Positions 1 through 16,008 of a DNA stretch of 64,000 nucleotides are shown here, piece after piece. The stretch covers positions 24,891,648 to 24,955,647 of the forward strand of contig CM119264.1 in assembly GCA_051294375.1 (NCBI GenBank). Direction: 5' to 3'. The stretch comes from Paraspadella gotoi (Eukaryota > Animalia > Chaetognatha). Within the stretch, counting starts at the first letter, position 1, and each line of letters opens with the position of its first letter. The notes below the pieces were generated by a model, which was given only the letters and a program-made list of their open reading frames with translations, was not told the DNA's origin and ran no database searches. Both the position numbers and the translations under genes were made by a program.

Positions 1-339
1 AACGTTCGTCTTTGATACGTTAACTAATGTTCCAAAGAAAAAAGTGACCAAGCCTCCCCCCCTTTCCCGCAGTTTGGCCGAGAAAAAAAAATATTTGATG
101 GAGATTTATAAACAAAGGAGGAGCTGATTAAAGCCGTGGGCTGACAACAAGGAAGTTTAGAGAGAAAGAGAAAAATAAAGGAAAAAAACAATGAGTCGGA
201 AAACGGGGTCAGTGAGGGAAAGGAAGAATAAGAAGGGAAAGGATAAAGAGAAAAAGAGAAGAATAGGGTAAATATATAGATAATAGAAATCTTTAAAATA
301 TCGATTTTAAATATTAGAGAAAAGCAAAAGTTTCATCAG

Positions 340-375
340 CTGATGAAGGCTGGAAATAGTAAGTCGAAACATGTC
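340..375 (+). ncRNA. Minimal hammerhead-ribozyme-like motif (Penelope-like element type), possibly degenerate
   Basis: CTGATGA core (340-346), stem II GGCT/AGTC, then GAAAC-AT-GTC with palindromic ACATGT stem III and GUC cleavage triplet, followed by AAATAAAATTCGTTGT. Stem I pairing is poor. Confidence 0.5.
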
Positions 376-638
376 CGTCTACTTAAAATAAAATTCGTTG
401 TACAAATTTCTAAAATCTTTGCTTTTCTCTAATAACAAATAACAACGAAAAAAGAAAGGATTATCACATCATGGATTTTAAATAGAAAAATAAAAAATAA
501 GGAGGGTTAAATTTCTTTTCAATATTTAAAGCTTAAAATCCAAATATGAAATTCGGGTTGTCTCAACATAAATAGCAATGAGAGATAAATATTGATGATA
601 TTTTAAAATAAAATTTGATGACTAATAAAACTTAGATG

Positions 639-770
<132 letters not shown>

Positions 771-1312
771 AAAAGAAAGGCGTGAAAGAGGGAAACGAGG
801 CCTTCGGATAAACGAGAGAGTCTCCTCTCGCTCGCGCGTAATTTATACGATTAAGATCAAGTCGTCGCGATGAGAAGGAATGAGTTAAAAGAATAGAAAA
901 AAAGGGAAGAAGAGGCGAGGAAAGTTGGAGCATCTTGGAGACTGGAGGAGAGAGAGAAAGGTGGGGGTGGAGTAGATGGAGGGAGGTAGGAGGGAGAAGA
1001 GATGGAGGGAGAAAGGGGAGAGAAGGGAGGAAAGAGAAAACAACGGAGAGAATGAAAATAAAAAGATTATAAATCAGAGGGATGGAGAAGCGAAAAGGGT
1101 AGAAAGTCGGACAAACGAAAAAAGAAGAGAAAGGAATCAAAGTTTGAAAGAAAAGAATTGAAAGAAAAACAGAAGTGTGCGAAGGAACTGTTTAAAGTAA
1201 TGGTTGAACGTAGGGAGAAGGACGGAAATCTCCTCTCCTAAAATACGACATTAGCGATGGGAGATCGACTCCGCGCCACGCCTCTGAGAAAAGCGGGGGA
1301 AGAGAGTGGGAA

Positions 1313-1368
<56 letters not shown>

Positions 1369-2134
1369 AGAGAGAAGAGAGAGAGAGAGAGAGAGACACA
1401 AGCGGAAGAAACTGAAGTAACTGCGGGGAAATTAAACCGAAGAGGCTGAAAGAAACAGAGAAAAGAAAGAAAAAATGAGGGAACGAAAAAAATTTATATA
1501 AAAGGAGAAGAAAAAGTTGCATAAAAATATTTGTAAGAGGAATAAGTATTAAACATGAGAAGAATGAATCAAACGCGGTAAAAAAAGTTCTCGGATTTAA
1601 TATCTAATATTCACGGAAGGGTGGATAATGGTTTTAAGAATGATGAATGGCAAAGAAAAGATTTAGTATGGAAAAAAAGGAGGAAGGAAGACAAACAAAA
1701 TAAAAGGAGTTGAAGACGTCGACGAATCCGAAAGAAAACAATCAAACTGAGGCGGGGAAAAGTTAAAATAAAAGGAGGATAAAAAAAAAAGAAAACGGAG
1801 AAAAAAAGGAGGAAAGGAAAGGAGGAAAGGAAAGGAACTCCGCAACCGGAGGATCAAACGAGGTTGTGTTCGCCTTTTGGCTTCGGAGACTCGAGTCGCC
1901 TCCGAAGAAAATAATCACGAGAAGAAAAATCATTAGGAGAAAAAAGAAAAAGGAAAAAAAAAGAAAAGGAAGGAAGGAGAAGGGAAAAAAGGATAGAGGA
2001 ATCAAGGAAAGAGAATTTATGACGACTCGGGAGGCGGGAGAGAGAGTGGCTTTTTTTTTTCCTTTGGATTTTAGCTTCGAAGAAGAAAAACGTAAAAAAA
2101 GGGGGAAAAACAAAGAGGAAAGAAAAAAAAATTA

Positions 2135-2243
2135 TGGTTTTAAGTTTAAGCCACAGTAACCGAAGTGATATTGATTTTAAAATTAAGGATTTTAAGTTCA
2201 AACCGTAGTAACCGAAATGATATTGATTTTAAAATAGGATTTT
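2135..2243. repeat. Two-copy ~51 bp tandem repeat
   Basis: TTTTAAGTTYAARCCRYAGTAACCGAARTGATATTGATTTTAAAAT occurs twice in tandem. Confidence 0.8.
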
Positions 2244-3729
2244 CGGTGCCAGAGCGCGTTTTCATTGCTGATAATGAATTAAAAATAGGTAAAAAAAACT
2301 TCACTTTTTTTAAAGAACATTTTTTACGTGGAAAAAAAAATTAAACTCAAAAAGACGAAAAAAACAAAGTTGTTCTTTGGCCATTTTAACTTTAGGACGA
2401 AATCGCAAAGGAAAATTGATTATTTGATAACTTTAAATTTTATTACTAAAATATAAAAGATTACACAATTAAATATAAAAAATATCCCCATTTTTCTCGA
2501 TAGGAAGACGGGGAAATAAGAAAAAAATCCCGAAGCATTTGGTCCCCGGGTAAAGACTCTGGTAGCTGATTATCATTATGGTTCAAGTCGTAGTCACACT
2601 CTCGAAGATTACAGATGATTTATGGTCAAATATCTCCAAGAGATGATTTGCGAATCGTGATTCCAGAAGATTAAAAATGACGCCAAAGACGCTCAGCGGT
2701 CAACGACTTCATTACGGCGTTCGAATTGACCGGACGTTGGCCAGAATGAAAGAAGCTGCGTTAACTGGTCCTCACCCATAAGTCACTTAATACGCACTAG
2801 TCTTTGTAACACGTTTTATCTGCTATATAAGTTTTCTTTATTCAATTTCCTTTTTACCTTTCGTTTGTTTTCCCTTACTTCATTCAATTTCATTTTTATA
2901 TATACTACGTGAATGTTTCTTTTCATTTTCTATTTAGCCCTTTCGTCTTTATTTCCGCTTTTTTTTTTTCCTTTTCTGCTTTCATTCTTGCTTTCACAGT
3001 TTTTTACGCTCTTCTTGGTCGAAGGGGCGGGCGGGCGGCGGCGGCGGTGGCAGCGGTGGCGGCGGCCGGGCGACCATTCTTTCTTTAGCAACTTCCGCCC
3101 ACTCTCTCGTAAAATGACCGATGAAGAATTCTTCGGTTGATGGAGCAGACATAAATTTCGTGGAAGCTAAAAGGTGAGCGAGAGATAAAGGTAAGTTTTA
3201 AAGAAAAAAAAAAGCGGTGAAGTTGGGAAGGAAGAGCGACGGAAAAACTATCAAAATTGAAAGCAAGAAAAAGAACGATAAGGGACTGAGTTGGTCAGTT
3301 TGAGGCTTGAGGTGGGTTGCGGAACTGTGGGCGGAGGGAGAGATGGGAAAATTTATAGAAGCTTCGAAGTGAAACTCTGGAAAATAAAGGTTAAAAATTA
3401 AGAATAAGTCTGAAAATTAAGAAATAAATTAAATACTTAATCTACAATAAATAAAGATACTGACAATAATAAAAATATAGATGGAAGCGTGGAAATTCAG
3501 ATTTAAAACTCAATAAATATGAAAAAAGTAAACGTTGTTTTGAAGGAGAAACGTAATAAAAAAAAAAGTGAAAGTTTGCGAAGATAATTCAGAGGAGTTT
3601 CTCGTCGTTGAAACCCGATAATCTCTCTCCACCTCCGCTCATAAAAAAATATTATCTTTTTCCATCCTCAAAATAAGAAGCGCGAGTTTTAAGTTTGAAC
3701 CGATTGGCAGGAACTCGGTTTATGCCTCC

Positions 3730-3850
3730 CACGACGACGGGCGACGACGATGACGACGACGACGACGACGGGAGGCGACGATGACGACGACGACGACGGC
3801 GGCGATGACGACGACGACGACGACGGCGATGAAGAGTGAAGACGATGAAA
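3730..3850. repeat. (GAC/GAT/GGC)n trinucleotide low-complexity tract
   Basis: Runs of GACGACGAC interrupted by GAT and GGC. Confidence 0.85.
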
Positions 3851-4086
3851 GTAAGAATGACGTCACCACCGAGGACTATAATTTACGTAGAGAATATGTA
3901 AACAATGGTACTCCATACACACGAATATCTTGTTGCAATGACCATCAATAGTCGATTAAAAAATCTACGATGGCGAAAACGACGACGACGACAACCATAA
4001 CCACGAAATAGACGGAGGCGTAGCGCACACCCATCGTTAAAAATCTGCGCCAACTGGGAGAAAAAAAAACGATAGAGGGTAGAGGG

Positions 4087-4117
<31 letters not shown>

Positions 4118-4121
4118 GAGA

Positions 4122-4157
<36 letters not shown>

Positions 4158-4216
4158 ATATCCGTAATATCCAGGGAAAAAATGCGATATACTACTTCAA
4201 CTATTCTAATTCCTTT

Positions 4217-4966
4217 CACCTCTCTCTCTCTCTCGTCTCTCTCTCCTCTAATCTTTCTCCCTCTCCGTCTCTCACTTCACCGATTTCTAAACCTCTCTAT
4301 CTTTCCTGTGTTTTTTCAACTTTCCTAATCTTGCCTTCAATCTCACTCTCTCTCTCTCTCTCTCTCTCTCAAGATATGGAATGCTGTAGTGCGTCAAGAA
4401 CTTATTAATTCTACAATAAATCAAATTCTGTGAAAAATGCAAACAAGAAGATATGAAGAACATTAGACTTTAATTATTGTTATTAATATGGAATCATTTT
4501 AACTTTATGTTCCAACTTGATTAAAATGCCTTTTCTGATAAGTAGTACTTTAAATAACTAGAAAAAACTAAAGTCATATCTCATGATTCGGATAAAGAGA
4601 GTGTGAAACCGTTAAAAAAAGGAACGGGCATCTATGTGTAAATACTGAAATTTCAAAACTATGTATATAATTAGGTCCACTTTGATTCTTTGCTTTGTTA
4701 ATTATTTACATTCTTTAAATGTGTACATACAAGTGTATATTGTACGGCTCAGTTAACTGTTACATTGTTACTTGTGATTAAACATTCACATTTTGCAGAC
4801 ATAATAAATCAAATCAAAATTCAAAGCAATCCTCTCACTCCTCTCTGCTCTGCTCTCTCTCTGCTCCTTCTCTCTCTCTCACTCTCTCCTTCACTTCACC
4901 ATTCTAACCTCTCTATTTCTTTCATTGTCTTTTCACCATTAACTTTCCTAATTGCCTTCAATCTCA

Positions 4967-4997
<31 letters not shown>

Positions 4998-5922
4998 GAC
5001 TTCACCGATTCTAACCTCTCTATTTCTTTCCTTGTCTTTTCAACCGTTAACTTTCCTAAATCTTGCCTTTAATCTCTCTCTCTCCCCTCTCTCTTCACCG
5101 ATTCTAACTTCTCTATTTTCTTTCCTTGTTTTTTCAAACCGTTAACTTTCCTAATCTGCCTTCAATTCCACCCTCCTCTCTCTCTCTCTCCACTCTCTCT
5201 CTCCTTCTCTCTCTCTCCCTCTCTCTTCACCGATTCTAACATTCTCTATTTCTTTCCTGTTTTTTCAACCGTTCTGTACTTCCTAATCTCCTTCCAATCT
5301 CACTCTCTTCTCTCTCTCTCTCCTCTCTCTCTCACTCTCTCTCTCTCACCTCTCTCTCTCTCCCTCTCTCTTTCACGATTCTAACTTTCTCTATTCTTCT
5401 TTTGTTTTTCAAACCGTTAACTTTCCTAATCTGACCTTCAATCTCACTCTCTCTCTCTCTCTCTCTCACTTCTCTCTTCTCCCTCTCTCTCTCTCCCTCT
5501 CTCTTCACCGATTCTAACTTCTCTATTTCTTCCTTGTTTTTCAACCGTTAAACTTTCCTAATCTTCCTTCAATCTCTCTCTCTCTCTCACTCACTTCAAC
5601 CGATTCTAACCTCTCTATTTCTTTCCTTGTCTTTTTCAACCGTTTAACTTTCCTAACTGCCCTTCTGCAATCTCTTCTCTCTCCCTCTCTTCTTTCACAA
5701 TTCTAACTTCTCTATTTCTTTCCTTGTTTTTCAACCGTTAACTTTCCTAATCTGCCTTTCAATCTCTCTCTCTCTCTCTCTCTGCTCTCTTCTCGTCTCT
5801 CATCTCTCTCTCACTCACTTCACTGATTCTAACCTCTCTATTTCTTTCCTTTGTTTTTTCAACCGTTAACTTTCCTAATCTGCCTTCAATCTCTCTCTCT
5901 CTCCTCTCTCTCTCTTTCTCGC

Positions 5923-5960
<38 letters not shown>
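4217..5960. repeat. Composite minisatellite: ~65 bp core alternating with variable (CT)n
   Basis: Core TTCACCGATTCTAACYTCTCTATTTCTTTCCTTGTTTTTCAACCGTTAACTTTCCTAATCTGCCTTCAATC recurs about 10 times (one near 4275, the rest 4890-5890), separated by CT tracts. A ~450 bp unrelated segment interrupts it at 4371-4830. Confidence 0.9.
4371..4828 (+). mobile_element. Possible 3' end of a non-LTR retroelement inserted in the minisatellite
   Basis: Unique AT-rich segment within the array, ending AATAAATCAAATCAAAATTCAAA (poly-A signal plus short tandem tail, typical of LINE 3' ends). No ORF recognised. Confidence 0.3.
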
Positions 5961-5966
<6 letters not shown>

Positions 5967-6079
5967 CGCCCACAAATCGCCTCTTCCCTCTTTCCTCTTT
6001 CTTATCACTTCTCTTCGCCTCCGGACTCTCTCCTCATTTTCCGGCGCTCCTTCTCCGATTTCCGGTGCGTCCGCACTTC

Positions 6080-9163
<3,084 letters not shown>

Positions 9164-9239
9164 AACGCAACGACCCCCGGCATTCATTTTATTTTTTGCA
9201 TCACCAGCTTACCGTCTCTTCGACCCAATTACGATTTTA

Positions 9240-10291
9240 GCGCGATAAAAGTTTTAAGATTTAATTGGAAGATGAGATGAAATGAAGTTGAAAGAGTAGA
9301 TGATCAAGAAGATTGAGAGTTGATTAGAGGAGTTGCGAGTTTGGATCGGGAGGTGGAGACAAAAGAAGTCTAGGAACAAGAAAGAATATTTCGGGAAGTT
9401 ATAACAGATTCTGTAAATAACAGAAAGGAAAGGAAAGAAGGTGTAGGAAGATAGTGACGGGTAGTGAGACGGAGGTTCCCCGCCGAGGCAAAGAACGCCA
9501 ATCCTATTAACTCGTCCCTCCATTCGACTGACTGGAAGGATGCGCGATGCGGTGGTGATCTGAGTGGTGATCAGGTAGAAGATGGAGTGTCAAAAATGGT
9601 CAATTGAATGATATAGTCCAGATGCTCCTATTTCCGGAGACAACCAGTGCTACTTTCCCATAATAAAATATAACTAAAATTATAAGATATATAATATAAT
9701 TATTTGTTTAAATTTAAAAAAAAAGCAATTGATAATTAATATTTAAAATTTGAATGTTATTTTATTATTTTTTAAATAATAAAACAAGTCTAACACTAAA
9801 ATTAAAAAAGAAATCTTTTCGCAATAAAAACTTCCCTTTTTAATTCAATATATATGTGTAATACGGTTATCAAAAATGAGAAATTAGAATTCTACAATTT
9901 ATGCTAACATTTCTTTGAATATTATACCACTAGGGATCCTACTCTGGGATTGAATATAACGACTGTGAGAGAGTCTGATTGAAAGCTTGCTAAGGACCTG
10001 GCTTGTCATTATTCTTGGTAAGAGTGATGGAGGCCTTGAAACACCAAAGCCTGTCCAAAATTAGGGCAAGATAGCTTATTTATTAAATAAATGGATACTT
10101 TTTATATTGGTTGTACCGATTTCATAGTAAACAAGTAATCTTGTCATTTTTCATTGAAGAGAGTCGTAGCTCAGGGTCATGGTGATGGTCAGGTCGGAAG
10201 AGGAGTGCAACGAGGTGAGTCTTTGCATGAAAACGGACCTCACCTTGGTCTTAAAAAGGTGAGAGAAGAGAGAGAGAGAGAGACGAGAGAG

Positions 10292-10343
<52 letters not shown>

Positions 10344-10923
10344 TGAGCGCGATTGACTCCTGCCGGGTTCATGGACGCGATTTAATGGTGCGGTAACAGA
10401 ACCCAAAGGTCTTGGTTTTCGACATGTTTCGCCACCTGACGCCGACGTCAATGGCCATCGCCATGACGCAGATGCTGATTGCTGACGCGTTGACAAATGG
10501 AGAAAAGCACGAGTTTTTTTTTAATTAAAAAGGTTGATTTAAAACTGGTTCGTTTTAACTTTATTTATATTGATAACATTTTGCTCGATTTTATTCGTCG
10601 TTGATAGCTTACATGAATCAAAGTCTTATAAAATATAAATATATATATAAATATATATCTAATAATAAATATAAATATATATAATAAATTAAAATAGACG
10701 AGTTCGTATTTGCCCTTCAATTTTTTTTTAAATTTTATTAGATTTTTTTTCTTCTATCTTCTCTTTTCTCTTTTTTAACGCTTGCCTCTCTTTCCCTCCA
10801 CTTTCCTCAGGGCTCACATTTCTGGAAAAGCAGACATTATTTCTTTCCATCGGTTTTAATGTTCTGAGATAGTTCCCCTCTCATTTCTCTCTTCTTCTCC
10901 TTCTTCTCTTCTCTCTCTCTCTC

Positions 10924-10972
<49 letters not shown>

Positions 10973-11078
10973 GTCTTCCTCCTCTCCTTCTCCTGCAGTA
11001 AGATAAAATTGAAAATTTTAACAGTCTTACTGAGGAGAGAGCAGAGAGAGAGAGAGAGAGTGAGAGAGAGAGAGAGAG

Positions 11079-11116
<38 letters not shown>

Positions 11117-12815
11117 AGAGAGAAGCCGCACACGGTACGAAAGAAGAGAGAGAATATGAGANNNNNNNNNNNNNNNNNNNNNNNNNGGGAATATCTCAGA
11201 ACATTAAAAACGATGGAAAGAAAATAATGTCTGCTTTTCCAGAAATGTGAGCCTTGAGAGAAGTGGAGGGAAAGAGAGGCGCGTTAAAAAAGAGAAGAAG
11301 AGAAGAGAAGAAAAAAAATTAATAAAATTTAAAAAAATTGAAACAAAACACGACTCGTATATTTTAATTTATTATTAGATATATTTATTATTATATATAT
11401 TATATATTTATTATAATATATATTATATATATAATATTATTAATAAGACTTTTGATTCGTGTAAAAAACGTTTCCCAACGACGAAATAAATCGAGCAAAG
11501 TGTTTCATTATAAATAAAGATAAAAACGAACCAGTTTTAATCAACCTTTTTAATTAAAAAAAAACTCAGTGCTTTTCTCCATTTTGGTCAAACGCGTCAC
11601 AATCAGGCATCTGCGTCAGGCGATGGCCATTGACGTCGGCGTCAGGTGGCGAAACATGTCGAAAACCAGACTTTGGGTTCTGTTACCGCCCATTAAATCG
11701 CGTCCATGACCCGGCAGGAGTCAATCGCGCTCACTCTCTCTCTCTCTCTCTCTCTCTNNNNNNNNNNNNNNNNNNNNNNNNNNNNNNNNNNNNNNNNNNN
11801 NNNNNNNNNNNNNNNNNNNNNNNNNNNNNNNNNNNNNNNNTCTCTCTCTCTCTCTCTCTCTTTCTCTCACCTTTTTAACGACCAAGGTGAGGTCGTTTTC
11901 ATGCAAAGACTCACCCTCGTTGCACTCCTCTTCCGACCTGACCATCACCACTGACCCTGACTACGACTCTCTTCAGATGAAAAATGACAAGATTACTTGT
12001 TTAACTATGAAATCGGTACAACCAATATAAAAAGTATCCATTTATTTAATAAATAAGCTATCTTGCCCCTAACGTTGGACAGGCTTTGGTGTTTCAAGGC
12101 CTCCATCACTCTTACAAGATAATGACAAAGCAGGTCCTTGCAAGCTTTCAATCAAGACTCTCTCACAGTCTCGTTTATTCAATCCCAGAGTACATGGATT
12201 CCCTCTCAATGAAGTGGTATAATATTTCAAAGAATGTTAGCATAAATTGTAGAATCTCTAATTTCTCAATTTTTTAACCGTTATTCAACATTATATTGTA
12301 TTAAAAAGGAAGTTTTTATTGCGAAAGATTTTTTTTTAAATTTTAGTGTTAGACTTGTTTTATTATTTAATAAAAAATAAAATAACTTTCAAATTTTAAA
12401 TATTAATTTATCAATTGCTTTTTTTTAAATTTAATTTAAATAGGAGCATCTGGACTATATCATTCACTTGACCATTTTTGACTCCATCTTCTTACCTGAC
12501 AACCACTCTGACTCACCACCGCATCGCGCATCCTTCCAAGTCAGCGAATGGAGGGACGAGTTAATGGATTGGCTTCTTGCCGGGCGGAACCTCCGTCTCA
12601 TCCCACTCTCTTCCTACACCTTCTTTCCTTTCTTTCGTTTATTTACAGAATCTGTTATAACTTCCCGAAACATTCTTTCTTTTCTGGACTTCTTTTGTCC
12701 CACCTCCCGACCTCTATCAACTCCTCAGATTCTCAACTCCTCAACTTCTCGATCATCTTCTTTCAACTTCATTTCATCTCATCTTCTAATTAATTGTTAA
12801 AACTTATCGTCGCTA
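9240..12815. repeat. Large inverted duplication (9240-10880 vs 11187-12815) around a 25-N gap
   Basis: TTCCATCGGTTTTAATGTTCTGAGATAGTTCCC (~10845-10878) is mirrored by GGGAATATCTCAGAACATTAAAAACGATGGAA (11187+). The arms stay collinear out to GAAGATGAGATGAAATGAAGTTGAAAG. Confidence 0.9.
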
Positions 12816-12817
12816 AA

Positions 12818-12848
<31 letters not shown>

Positions 12849-13189
12849 ATCTCTCTCTGGCAAAGCTGAATGGACGAGTCATATAAGAGAGAGAAAGAAA
12901 GAGCGCTAAGATAACATCTTCATTTGAGATGACAATAACAATTTAGTGTTTTGCGACTCGCTCTCGCTATCACTCATCTGCTTTTACTCGAAAATTCAAC
13001 GAATATACGTATATTGTATTTTTCAACTGCTTTTTTTTCTCACCCCTTTTATACGAACGTCAGCACTACAAATGTTCTTCTCTTTCCCCTCTTACCGCTC
13101 ACGGGGGATGTTCTCTCTCTCTCTCTCTAATGGTTTTTTCCCCGGCTGATGCCCGACGCCGGACGGCGTTTCGAGCATTACAGACTTCT

Positions 13190-13224
13190 CGCCGCCATTT
13201 TCGTGAAATTACAAAATGGCGTCG
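13190..13224. promoter_or_regulatory. Inverted pair of YY1-like CGCCATTTT motifs in a CpG-rich patch
   Basis: CGCCGCCATTTT-cgtgaaattac-AAAATGGCGTCG. A strong donor GTAAGT follows near 13347. Confidence 0.35.
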
Positions 13225-13544
13225 ACCTGGGGAAAAGACGATCCGTCTTGACAGGGAACGTGACGCTAACTCCTGACGGAGAAAACGATCTTGAGATGTA
13301 AAACAAGACAACATGTTTGAAAAAAAAAAAGACTTCACAATGAGCCAGTAAGTGTAAAGGATGTTTCTCGGAGGGCTAGCAGTAGTATTCGGCTACGTAT
13401 ATAAGATAAAGTAAAACTATTTCTAATTTATTTAATAAATTATAATTACTTTATTAAATTAAGTACTCATTCGAAGTTACACTCTAATTTATGATATCGT
13501 TTCTGTTTATTCCGAAATCGGAATTAAAATCCTAAGAAGTCAAG

Positions 13545-13625
13545 CGGGATTTTTTAACCAAGCCTCGTGATTGGTCGGTTGCCTGGTCATTCGGCCAATA
13601 GAACAACGAGTCAAAAACCGCGGAA
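13545..13625. promoter_or_regulatory. Putative core promoter with two oppositely oriented CCAAT boxes
   Basis: GATTGGTCG...CGGCCAATAG about 230 bp upstream of ATG 13818. A 5' UTR intron is suggested by GTAAGG (~13660) to TTTTTAG (~13787). Confidence 0.4.
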
Positions 13626-13817
13626 AAATAATTCAGTTTATTTTTGGATTAAAATTTCGGTAAGGATCAGTTGGTGTTTAATCGATTTCTAGGTAACTGA
13701 GTAAATGGGTTTTTGTTTTAAAAAAAATGTAAATGCTATAAAAATTCCTAATAAATATTAAGTTTTTATAGCATTAATTATTTTTAGGTGTTTTAGACAT
13801 TTAGACGCGTCTTCACA

Positions 13818-16008
13818 ATGTTTTTACTCGCTTTTGTCGTCGGCCTCCTTTTCGGCTCTTGCCACGGAAGGGACAAACTTTTTTGGCCCGGGGTCGGTGC
13901 GGAGCCTTACCTGACTCACGTAGGCGCGCCGGGGACGCAGCACAACCGCGAGAGGAATGACACCAACTTTTACACCACTAACGCGGACATTCCGAACCCG
14001 CCGGCGCTGAGAGGATTTACTGGGGAACACGGTAATAAAATGTATTGGTTACATCTAAAAATACTTTAATATTCGGTTTTTAATGTTTTTTTTTATTTCC
14101 CCCCCTTTTCTCCAAGGCTCTTACAACTTCTTACGCATCTATCACCAAACGCTCGTTCTTATTGGCGAAGCAAAGCACGGCCTCTGGAGATTTCAAGAGA
14201 GTGGATTCATCCGAGAATACCGTCGATTCCGGCATCTCGGCCTTCTGTACTTCATGAACCCGGACCACCACTTGCCCGAATCTGGGCCAACGTCCTGAGA
14301 ATCAATTACGCCAGCTACTGGCCGAATGAGGGGCACGAGTTAAGTGATTTGAAGCTGTTGGTTCAAACTACGTTAACCCACTCCTTGATCCATCACTTTT
14401 TGAGCGATTGCCCTTCCATTTACAGGGCTATAGGTACCCGGACAACCCGTACTGGCAGATCTTTATCAACTACATAGATCTGAGCATCTACCACCCCAAG
14501 TACAATGGCAAATACGAAAATCACGTGGCCATCGATTTGCCCGTTTTCTGTACTCATTTGTCGCAAGATGAATATCCTTACGCTTACAAACTTTGGAAAT
14601 ATGCCGTCCTTCAACCGCGGGCTAACAAATTTGGTCCCTTAGGTTTGAGAGCAGGTCAGTTATTGTCAAACCTATAATACATTAACCTGTTTTAAACGTT
14701 AACATTTCGGCGTTTCTTGTAAAAATATAAATCAATTTTAATTCTTACGCGGTACTATATACTGTATATATCTAACAATTAAAAACTATTTACCTAATTT
14801 GTTGCCTTTTACTTTAGGCCTTGACATCACGCACAATTATCTCAACGTGCTCCGAATGGAACTCTTCCCCGACGCCTCCATCTGGGCCAACGTCGGCGTC
14901 TGGTCCGGTACCGACTTCATGCGAACCACACTGGATGACATCGTCAACAGCACGGCGCAGACTGTCAACTATCAGCGCGTCGATCTCAGTTCCATGGACT
15001 ACGAGATCTACATCGTCGAACGTCCCATGATGAATATTCCCACACTTTTCGTCGCGCTGGTTATGACCGACAAAAACGACACTTTGTACATGTCGTACGT
15101 CCGACCGGAGGCGGGCAATCTCTACTGGGAAGGTTTGTTTAGAATTTATAAATTTAGACATGTGCTGAATATTAATTTTTCTTTTAAATCAATGCAGGTT
15201 TAGTGGCCAGAAACAAGACCAACGTCGGGAACGTCCATCTTCCTTACCCTGTCCTTTGGGTCCTCAACCCGACGCCCCAGATTCAACCGATCTTTGGTCT
15301 TCCCGTCTTTGGTCACCTCGAATACAACCGGACCAAGTTTGGTCTCACAGGCGGAGCGTGTCCTCAGATGGGCGGAGACTTCGCCCGTTATCCATATGGC
15401 AGACCAGGCGCTGGATTTGCTTCTAACTACCAGGAAATCACGCCCATTTGCGACGCCGTGCTGATTGATTTCAAGGTCAACTAAATTTTGTTTTATAAAG
15501 TTGAATATTTAAATTTTTAAATTTAATATTTTTTTTATCCAGGCATGGACCAATCTGGATATCGATTGGAACGATCCGACTCTCAGCCTCGGCAACGCTC
15601 CCTGCGACACTGACACGCGAAACTACACCATGGATCGCAACGTCTATGGAAACTACACCGACTCGTACCTGGTCTGCTTAAAAACATTACTTTTTTAAAC
15701 ATTTTACCGATGGAGTTTATAAAGACTAATTTTCATCTTTGATCCAGGTGTCGCTCGGAGCCCAAAATCCTTACTTCGCCGATTTGACCGACGACGGAAA
15801 AGTGATAGAATACGATGAGGAGCCCAAACCCGAACGCGTCACGGTCCCGCTCAACTTTACGCACAATGGACGGTGGTTGCATTACCTCGCCATTCCCGAC
15901 GTCAGCAACGAGGTTAGAATTTTTTTTAGTTTCTTTAGAACTGAATACATTTTATACTAATTTGTTTCTTTTTAGCCCGATCTCTTCGATGTTTCTTTCG
16001 ATCCTTAA
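13818..16008 (+). CDS. 8-exon secreted glycoprotein of unknown family (~525 aa); exon 2 has apparent frameshifts
   Basis: Exons 13818-14031, 14117-14338, 14426-14654, 14818-15132, 15198-15475, 15543-15671, 15748-15912, 15976-16008, all GT-AG. Phases are consistent except in exon 2, where adding one A near 14278 and one G near 14339 restores the frame. Signal peptide MFLLAFVVGLLFGSCHG, many N-x-S/T sequons, ends PDLFDVSFDP*, AATAAA near 16226. Confidence 0.75.

Noticed and set aside
4860-5960. CRISPR-like repeat-spacer appearance
   Set aside because: The spacers are just (CT)n, the repeats are too long and variable, the context is eukaryotic and no cas genes are present.
10350-10500. Minus-strand peptide NASAISICVMAMAIDV resembling GPCR TM3
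   Set aside because: No DRY motif, no other TM exons found, and the frame ends in a stop.
11611-11662. Possible third hammerhead (GCCA..TGGC-GAAACATGTCG), mirrored at ~10418-10470
   Set aside because: The CUGANGA core is missing (reads CAGGCGA or TGGCGA), so it is not supportable.
12086-12277. Possible LINE ORF2 C-terminal remnant (HHSY...WYNI)
   Set aside because: Similarity is too faint and the two copies disagree in frame; a profile search would be needed.
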